Origin: a virus
IMG/VR virus record: IMGVR_UViG_3300050505_000427
Reading direction: 5' to 3' (one strand)
DNA length: 40,447 bases
Below the pieces are notes generated by a model. It worked only from the letters and a program-made list of their open reading frames with translations. It was not told the DNA's origin and did no database searches. Both the position numbers and the translations under genes were made by a program. Shown here piece after piece: positions 35,280 to 40,447 of this stretch (positions are counted from its first letter, which is position 1; every line of letters begins with the position of its first letter).

Positions 35280-35501
35280 ATGGCGGGCGAGAATGGGTGG
35301 AGCGAGTATAAGATCCACGTTATGAGTGAAATTCAAGAGTTAAAAGAGAGCCAAAAGGATATGCATGCCCAGCTTAGCGAAATTTCAACACAATTGACAG
35401 GGTTTAAGACGAGCCAGAAGTGGGAAGCGCGGATACTGAGTGCTTTTTGGGGTTTGATTGTGCTGGGAATTAATTTTATTGTTGGTAGGCACCATCAGTG
35501 A
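35280..35501 (+). CDS. Tail-anchored membrane protein (XhlA-like architecture; holin-associated candidate)
   Basis: 73 aa with an N-terminal coiled-coil-like region and a C-terminal TM segment ILSAFWGLIVLGINFIV. Confidence 0.5.
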   Translation: MAGENGWSEYKIHVMSEIQELKESQKDMHAQLSEISTQLTGFKTSQKWEARILSAFWGLIVLGINFIVGRHHQ

Positions 35502-35839
35502 ACTGGAAATGGTTAATAGCTGCGCTATTAATTGGCTGCGCGGCGGGTTATTGGCTCGCAGATTCGCGTAAGATTAAGACCACTGATACTACTACCGTAG
35601 ACACCGTGGTGACTAAGCCGGATGGGACGGTCGTGAGGCGTAAGAAAGTTATTGACAGGAGTAAAGAAGAGATTGTCAAGCGCCTGCCGGATTATTCTGT
35701 GAGCTTGCTTATGCCTATTGATAGGCTAGATAGACCGATTGTGAGCGTGCAGAAAAGATTGCTGGGGAATGTGTATGGCGGGGTTTATTATGATTCCCGA
35801 GAGAATGCTGGCGGTATTGGCTTAACCGTGCTATTCTAA
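35498..35839 (+). CDS. Envelope protein, spanin-like candidate
   Basis: N-terminus WLIAALLIGCAAG (lipobox-like LIGC, or a signal anchor). C-terminus GIGLTVLF with alternating hydrophobic residues and a terminal Phe. Confidence 0.45.
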   Translation: MNWKWLIAALLIGCAAGYWLADSRKIKTTDTTTVDTVVTKPDGTVVRRKKVIDRSKEEIVKRLPDYSVSLLMPIDRLDRPIVSVQKRLLGNVYGGVYYDSRENAGGIGLTVLF

Positions 35840-35843
35840 GAAG

Positions 35844-36356
35844 ATGGATAATGCGGGTAAATATATGTCACGATTGCGTATATTGCTTTGTAAGTTTTGT
35901 GGAATGATGACAAGTACGGACAGGTGTCCAGCTTGTCTGCGTAGTAGACAGTGGGTCTCTCTGCAAGAGCTTCTTGGGGGGCATGATAAAGAGCCAGAGC
36001 ATGCAGTGGAATTGACTGCCGAGGTCCTAACTAATCTTGCTATTCTTGGCGAACGCGTTAACAAACTGCTTAGCTGGGCGATGCCCTTGCTTCCGGAGTT
36101 TGAGTGCGTGGTGACGAGCGGGTGGAGGCCGGAGAGTTATAACAAGGCTATTGGAGGGGCGCCGGGTTCGAAGCATATTCGCGGGATGGCGGTTGATATT
36201 CTTGACGAGAAAGGCCTTTTGAATGGCCTGCTGAAACAGAATGTTAAGAAGCTTGAGGAACTGGATCTAGCGATTGAGGCGAGGGAAGCGACGCCGAGCT
36301 GGTGTCACATTCAAGTGGGCGCGCCGAAGAGTGGTCATCGAGTTTTCTTTCCGTAG
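35844..36356 (+). CDS. Peptidase M15-type zinc peptidoglycan hydrolase (endolysin) with an N-terminal zinc ribbon
   Basis: SGWRPESYNKAIGGAPGSKHIRGMAVDI...WCHIQV provides an H/D/H ligand pattern. CKFC...CPAC lies at the N-terminus. Confidence 0.8.
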   Translation: MDNAGKYMSRLRILLCKFCGMMTSTDRCPACLRSRQWVSLQELLGGHDKEPEHAVELTAEVLTNLAILGERVNKLLSWAMPLLPEFECVVTSGWRPESYNKAIGGAPGSKHIRGMAVDILDEKGLLNGLLKQNVKKLEELDLAIEAREATPSWCHIQVGAPKSGHRVFFP

Positions 36357-36366
36357 GAGGATAAAA

Positions 36367-36531
36367 ATGCCCTTGAAGAGTGGAACAAGTAAAGAGACTT
36401 TTAGTGAGAATGTAAGGCGAGAGATCGGGGCCGGTAGGCCCCAGAAACAGGCCGTGGCGATTGCCTATAGTGTGAAGAGAAAGGCCATGAAGAAGCTTAG
36501 AAAGCATTATAGCGAGAAAGAAGGATATTAG
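36367..36531 (+). CDS. Small conserved basic protein (54 aa)
   Basis: An ATG after GGAGGA was chosen over 36274. The motif GRPQKQAVAIAYSVKRK resembles a widespread small phage/bacterial protein, from memory. Confidence 0.55.
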   Translation: MPLKSGTSKETFSENVRREIGAGRPQKQAVAIAYSVKRKAMKKLRKHYSEKEGY

Positions 36532-36532
36532 G

Positions 36533-36805
36533 ATGAGATTGATGTTATTGACTGTGGCTTTGTTGGCGTTTGGGACGAGCGTAATTGCGCAAGAGGCGCC
36601 GCAGGATGAGGGCAGGACGCTGGCACAACAGCTTCAAGAGGGGATTCAAATGTTTGGTGCGTTGTGCGCGCCGATTGGGGCGAGTATTTGCGTGGATCAT
36701 TGTTTGCTGAAGGGGAAAGAGTCTACAGGTAAGATGGCTGTGGATTTGAGAGCGAATGCCCTTTATTGTGAGTGCCAGGAGCTTAAGGAAAAGCGGACTA
36801 GCTAG
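36533..36805 (+). CDS. Secreted Cys-containing protein
   Basis: Signal peptide MRLMLLTVALLAFGTSVIAQE. Five Cys residues in the mature part. Confidence 0.6.
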   Translation: MRLMLLTVALLAFGTSVIAQEAPQDEGRTLAQQLQEGIQMFGALCAPIGASICVDHCLLKGKESTGKMAVDLRANALYCECQELKEKRTS

Positions 36806-37089
36806 CTAGGAAGTCGAAAGACTAACCAATCATTGTAGCAGTCGCTCCATTCAATGCTAATGTCATTTCCGTATACTGCGTAGAGCCACATTATTAATAA
36901 AGCCGAATTGTTTGTGTAAACGTCGAGTTGAACTGGCCAGTAGAAGCCGAGAGGACTTAAGTGCTCTACTAAAGACAAGAATCCTTTTCTCGGGCAGATA
37001 CGCTCTGGCGGAAAGTTCACTAGAAACCTCTGTTTAGGCTGGCCCAAACAACTGCCAGAATAGTTGCGACGAATACCAATAGCATGCAC
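36802..37089 (-). CDS. Doubtful ORF (95 aa, GTG start)
   Basis: Only a GTG start and no Shine-Dalgarno sequence. It competes with a coupled 27-aa hydrophobic ORF at 37020..37103 in another frame. Confidence 0.3.
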   Translation of the reverse strand: MHAIGIRRNYSGSCLGQPKQRFLVNFPPERICPRKGFLSLVEHLSPLGFYWPVQLDVYTNNSALLIMWLYAVYGNDISIEWSDCYNDWLVFRLPS

Positions 37090-37099
37090 TCTGTGGCGG

Positions 37100-37225
37100 T
37101 CATAGTTTGCTCGGGGGCCAAGATTGAATTATCTCGGGGGTTAGGACTTCATTCTTGGCGGGCTCTGTGGCGGTAGACTCTTGCTTAGGCGTATCTGACT
37201 TTATTTCTTGTGTGTTCTGTGACAT
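37100..37225 (-). CDS. Possible 41-aa ORF
   Basis: MSQNTQEIKSDTPKQESTATEPAKNEVLTPEIIQSWPPSKL. Starts 5 nt after the upstream stop. Confidence 0.35.
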   Translation of the reverse strand: MSQNTQEIKSDTPKQESTATEPAKNEVLTPEIIQSWPPSKL

Positions 37226-37229
37226 AGCT

Positions 37230-37460
37230 CTATCTTTCCCTTCTCGTGAGCTTACGAAGAGCGGCGTCAAATTTTCTGCGGGCTTGACGGGCTAGGTCTT
37301 GCTCATATCTAAATTGATCGCAGATGTGGTCCCAGTCGTCGTTAACGATGGGAGAGAGGGAAAAGAACTTTTCATCGCAGTTGGTGCAGATGAGGGCATA
37401 GTTGCTTTCATAACATAGAAAGCGAAGCAAAGTGCCGTAAGCACAGGTATGGCATCTCAT
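37230..37460 (-). CDS. Zinc-ribbon protein
   Basis: 76 aa with CHTC...CTNC. ATGA overlap with the upstream metzincin gene. Confidence 0.6.
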   Translation of the reverse strand: MRCHTCAYGTLLRFLCYESNYALICTNCDEKFFSLSPIVNDDWDHICDQFRYEQDLARQARRKFDAALRKLTRRER

Positions 37461-37924
37461 CTGAAAGTCTCGCGGGCAGAGTTTCCGGCGCCGGGTCCGA
37501 GACAGGTGTCGAGAATGCCGGCCATTTCGGGGCCGTGGGCGAAGCCTGCGATGTGGAGAAGTTCATGCATCATGACTGCATTTTTGGGGCAGACAATGTC
37601 TGCTTTTGTCTCGTCTAGTTCAATGGTATTGCTGAAGGGATGGGCCATGGCGCAGACCTTTTTATTTTCCTCTGTTTTTGGGAGAGGTTGGAAAGAGGGA
37701 GGGGCTATTACCATATGGGTAGTTAGATAGTCATGGTTGATGGGCCAGCCGGCGCGGAAGAACTCACAGGATGTTAATTTAAGACTCATGCGGACGACTC
37801 GATCTTTAATGATCTTGGTTTGTTCTTGAGACCAGCCTTCAATTTCTAGGCTGGGCCCTACTTGAGCCACGGCAGGGTTAAAAATTAAACAGCCTAGTAA
37901 AACTAACATAAGTAGAGAGCTCAT
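37457..37924 (-). CDS. Small secreted or lipoprotein metzincin-like zinc metalloprotease (paralog 2)
   Basis: 155 aa with signal MSSLLMLVLLGC (lipobox-like). CAMAHPFSNTIELDE. HELLHIAGFAH (37535-37567) matches HExxHxxGxxH. Confidence 0.7.
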   Translation of the reverse strand: MSSLLMLVLLGCLIFNPAVAQVGPSLEIEGWSQEQTKIIKDRVVRMSLKLTSCEFFRAGWPINHDYLTTHMVIAPPSFQPLPKTEENKKVCAMAHPFSNTIELDETKADIVCPKNAVMMHELLHIAGFAHGPEMAGILDTCLGPGAGNSARETFR

Positions 37925-37930
37925 TTCCTT

Positions 37931-37959
37931 AGAATATCCTATCTTGATATTATTCGCAA
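37931..37959 (-). promoter_or_regulatory. Candidate promoter for metzincin paralog 2
   Basis: On the minus strand: TTGCGA (37959-37954), 17-nt spacer, TATTCT (37936-37931), then AAGGAA and the ATG. Confidence 0.45.
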
Positions 37960-37980
37960 GCCTTTTGTAAGGCCATAGCC

Positions 37981-38532
37981 TTATTTCTTCTCCAACAAAA
38001 CTCTATCATCCGTTCCGACGCCCGTTAGGACGTAGCAGACTACAAACATGAAGTTACAGAGGGCGTGGGCCTCATGAGAGAGGCCGCTTTCGGGGTCAGT
38101 GGTTTCGCCATTTGCTATGGCGAGCAAATGGCGGCGCCAAGAGTTAAGCACTCTAGAGAAGGCCATGCCGTTAGTATAATTTAGGCTAGCATACTTTTTT
38201 GCACCGAAAGAAAGAACCGGAGAAATAATTGAAGCAATTAGTTTAGCAGAAGTTTGCCAAACTTGTTGTAATGAACTAACATCATCATAATAAAACCATT
38301 GATTAAGCGCATTATCCGCGCCGTCAAGCAATTGACGCGGATTAATGATTCCTTGTCTCCAAACCTCCGGGTGAATATGGTGCAGCTCGGGCTTGCCGGT
38401 GTCGTAGCGGAGAGCTTCAATGGTATGGGCATGGCTTCCTAACGGAGGAATTTGTTGAGTATGACAGCCGCTGTCCTCACATTCTTCTATGTAATATCCT
38501 TTGTCTCCCGTATTTCCATACCATACACACAT
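37981..38532 (-). CDS. MazZ-like dATP/dGTP diphosphohydrolase-domain protein
   Basis: YDTGKPELHHIHP...FGAKKYASLNY...RRHLLAIANGETTDPESGLSHEAHALCNFMFVV matches the remembered family pattern D.GK...Ga.KY...RH...GE..D.ESGL.H..HA.CN. Confidence 0.65.
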   Translation of the reverse strand: MCVWYGNTGDKGYYIEECEDSGCHTQQIPPLGSHAHTIEALRYDTGKPELHHIHPEVWRQGIINPRQLLDGADNALNQWFYYDDVSSLQQVWQTSAKLIASIISPVLSFGAKKYASLNYTNGMAFSRVLNSWRRHLLAIANGETTDPESGLSHEAHALCNFMFVVCYVLTGVGTDDRVLLEKK

Positions 38533-38552
38533 TTACAGATTCTCCTCTTTGT

Positions 38553-38777
38553 TTATTCTGAAAGGCGATGAATTTTATATAACTTTGCGCTCATTTTTCT
38601 AATTTCCTTGTCTGCGGACTTTAAATCATTTGTTAAAAAGTTAATAATAGCGTACAATACGTCTACTTCGATCTTACCTTCAAAGTACATGGATGAGTCA
38701 GCACCTTTTGCTATATCATAGATTTTTACTTCCCAAGTATTACTCCCTGTAATAAACTTAGCTCGTCTTTGGCTCAC
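38553..38777 (-). CDS. Hypothetical protein
   Basis: 74-aa ORF with an ATGA-type overlap with the upstream gene. Confidence 0.6.
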   Translation of the reverse strand: MSQRRAKFITGSNTWEVKIYDIAKGADSSMYFEGKIEVDVLYAIINFLTNDLKSADKEIRKMSAKLYKIHRLSE

Positions 38778-39070
38778 AAATTCTCCTCTATCCAGTCGGC
38801 TATTTGTGAGAACGACTGGCTGTTATCATAATATAACCCCGTTCCATCATTTTGGCAAATTAATTTTTGTTGCTCTTTGTTGGAAATTTTACAAGTTTTA
38901 AGCATAGAAGACGTTAACTCTGTATCTCGGGGATAAATGGTTTGCCTAGTAATCTCACAAAGAACTCCTAAGCAACAGTAGTAATGATTCTCAAGAAGTT
39001 GCCCCTGGCCCTGCTTAAAATCCCCGCTCCGTAGTGCGTCTACCCACATCTGTTTTATTTCTGGGTGCAT
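38774..39070 (-). CDS. Conserved phage hypothetical protein
   Basis: 98 aa. The pattern WVDALRSGDFKQGQGQL...YCCLGVLCE is recognisable from other phage proteins of unknown function. Confidence 0.65.
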   Translation of the reverse strand: MHPEIKQMWVDALRSGDFKQGQGQLLENHYYCCLGVLCEITRQTIYPRDTELTSSMLKTCKISNKEQQKLICQNDGTGLYYDNSQSFSQIADWIEENL

Positions 39071-39408
39071 TAGTCAAGCACTGTTCGGCTACGGCGAGTC
39101 AGCAGATCGCGTTCACGTTGTGGGTTAATCTCGTAGACTCCCGGGGGGATAATGGCGACTTCGTGGCCACTATGGGCTTCGGTGCCATGAACAAGCTGCG
39201 TTGTCTCTGTTACGCGAAGTAAGTTGCCCGCTGCGAGGGCGTTGCCGAATAACTCAAACTTTCCGCCCATGATTGTATGAGGATTCCCGGTTTCGCCGGT
39301 TGCGACTATGCCGGTTAGGTTTGCCGAGGCCTCTGGCCGGCGGTCTTCGGCCAATTCACGAATGATGACTTCTCCTTGAACGATTACTTTTAGTTTCTTT
39401 GGTCTCAT
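39070..39408 (-). CDS. Conserved small beta-barrel (cupin-like) phage protein
   Basis: Start taken at MRPKKLKVIVQGEV after AAGGAG. GETGNPHTI...LVHGTEAHSGHEVAIIPPGVYEINPQRE. Confidence 0.65.
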   Translation of the reverse strand: MRPKKLKVIVQGEVIIRELAEDRRPEASANLTGIVATGETGNPHTIMGGKFELFGNALAAGNLLRVTETTQLVHGTEAHSGHEVAIIPPGVYEINPQRERDLLTRRSRTVLD

Positions 39409-39421
39409 TGGTTTCTCCTTT

Positions 39422-40447
39422 TTAGCTTTCGCTAATGATTTCATATTTACTAGTGTCTATTCCCATGGTTGCGAGGCGCACTAGCTCTGCGTTATCGCAG
39501 TCTGTTGGCACAAGGCCGAACACGTTTTGAAACTCTTCGGGCGTACGTGGTACACCTAAAAATGTTTCCTGTTCTTGGAGAGTATCATGCCAGGTGACTT
39601 TTAGCAAGCGAATATTTTCATTGTCGTTAGGTAGACGCACTTCCCAAAGCTCGATTGGCTTTGTGCTGCCGCGCGTCGAAGGTGCGCTTGATATAAATTT
39701 GCCATTTAGCGCGCGCACTAGATCATCAAAGCCGCCGCGCATGTTACGAAGTACGGCCATGCGAACATCATTATTTGGCTCTGCTAGCAATTCTTTAGCA
39801 TTTATGGGTTTTTCAATATATTTAGCAGGTACGAAAGTACCATTGAGTGCGTAAAGGGCACTGCCATCGCGCCATTTTTTAAAGGGACCCGTGGTACAGT
39901 GGGGTCTATTTTGAGCGTTCATTTTGATATACTCTGGACGGTCAGATACTATAACAAAGTCTCGATGCATAAAACGAGCACCCCCATATATTTCTGCATT
40001 TTTATAATGACGCCATTTCTCATAAATTGGAAGGTTTAGACCCACTATATCATCGAAAAAAGAATAAAAAGAGGTCGACTGAGACCATTCATTTCCAAGA
40101 TGTAAGAAATCCCATACAGAAGAAAACTTTTGTAATACATTTTTAAAATTTTTACCTTCGAAAGATTCAAAAATATGTTTAAGATCCTCATTATTTAAAA
40201 AACCAGTATAAAAGGTATTTAAGTCTGTCGCGGCCCTTGTCGCGTCCCCTGTCGCGTCCCCTGTCGCGGCCCCTGTCGCGGCCCATGTCGCGTCCCTTGT
40301 CGCGGCCTCTGTCGCGGCCTCTGTCGCGGCCCATGTCGCGGCCCTTGTCGCGTCCCCTGTCGCGGCCCTTGTCGCGGCCTCTGTCGCGGATCTCATGGCG
40401 ACGTTTATTTTATTTTTTTGTTGCTCTTCTATAAGACAAGTGGCAAG
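39422..40447 (-). CDS. 3' part of the junction-spanning gene: tetrapeptide-repeat segment plus a C-terminal domain resembling DUF6745
   Basis: The ORF has no stop between 40396 and the window end. It contains the repeat ATEAATRAATGDATRAATWAAT... The C-terminal motif FVIVSDRP...RPHCTTGPFKKWRDGSALYALNGTFVP matches my memory of the DUF6745 family. Confidence 0.85.
   Translation of the reverse strand, partial: LATCLIEEQQKNKINVAMRSATEAATRAATGDATRAATWAATEAATEAATRDATWAATGAATGDATGDATRAATDLNTFYTGFLNNEDLKHIFESFEGKNFKNVLQKFSSVWDFLHLGNEWSQSTSFYSFFDDIVGLNLPIYEKWRHYKNAEIYGGARFMHRDFVIVSDRPEYIKMNAQNRPHCTTGPFKKWRDGSALYALNGTFVPAKYIEKPINAKELLAEPNNDVRMAVLRNMRGGFDDLVRALNGKFISSAPSTRGSTKPIELWEVRLPNDNENIRLLKVTWHDTLQEQETFLGVPRTPEEFQNVFGLVPTDCDNAELVRLATMGIDTSKYEIISES
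40226..40393. repeat. 12-bp tandem array, 13 units plus 1 degenerate unit, consensus TGTCGCG[G/T]CC[C/T][T/C/A]
   Basis: Units counted directly from the sequence. Units 9-14 are also present at 2..73 because of the terminal duplication. Confidence 0.95.
40321..40447. repeat. Terminal direct repeat, exact copy of 1..127
   Basis: Identical to 1-127. It covers the last 6 units of the 12-bp array plus 54 bp of unique sequence. Confidence 0.97.

Noticed and set aside
40226-40393. CRISPR array or DGR variable region as an explanation for the 12-bp repeats
   Set aside because: The units are contiguous with no spacers, so this is not a CRISPR array. No reverse transcriptase or template repeat exists anywhere in the genome. 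The variable sites also do not follow the adenine-specific pattern expected of a DGR.
1-40447. Temperate lifestyle, T7-like single-subunit RNA polymerase, and tRNA genes
   Set aside because: I found no integrase, recombinase, excisionase or CI-like repressor. No ORF has the size or motifs of a phage RNA polymerase. A scan for T-loop (GGTTCGAATCC-like) motifs gave no tRNA-like sequence outside coding regions. The RHH-like protein alone is not evidence of lysogeny.

Overview
This window is a complete, gene-dense genome (about 85 ORFs) of a short-tailed dsDNA phage (Caudoviricetes, podovirus-like). The first and last 127 bp are identical, so the unique length is 40,320 bp. The contig is therefore circularised or terminally redundant, and one gene runs across the junction. 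Layout: (i) A plus-strand early/replication module at 1950-12020 encodes an HD phosphohydrolase, family-4 UDG, PD-(D/E)xK nuclease, Sak4-like ATPase, SSB-like protein, family A DNA polymerase, DUF3987-like P-loop NTPase and a DEDD exonuclease. (ii) A plus-strand packaging/virion module at 12363-21217 encodes terminase, portal, a beta-helix tailspike and a repeat-containing fibre. (iii) A minus-strand cassette of ten tiny ORFs at 21214-23188 splits the virion module. It is followed by a 627-bp ORF-free region rich in palindromes. (iv) A plus-strand block at 23816-36805 encodes scaffold, major capsid, collar-type tail fibre, tail-tube A/B-like proteins, internal virion proteins and lysis genes (M15 peptidase). 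(v) A minus-strand accessory module runs from 36802 through the junction to 1894. It encodes two small secreted metzincin-like proteases, a MazZ-like dNTP pyrophosphohydrolase domain, an RHH-like protein and a 415-aa tetrapeptide-repeat protein. I recognised no phage RNA polymerase, integrase, tRNA, CRISPR array or reverse transcriptase. Intergenic TTGACA-type boxes suggest dependence on host sigma70. The most unusual features are: a 12-bp tandem array in which every unit difference is non-synonymous; the duplicated mini-metzincins; the antisense micro-gene cassette with its switch-like control region; and promoter spacing that implies leaderless first genes. All functional calls come from motif recognition by eye, with no database search.
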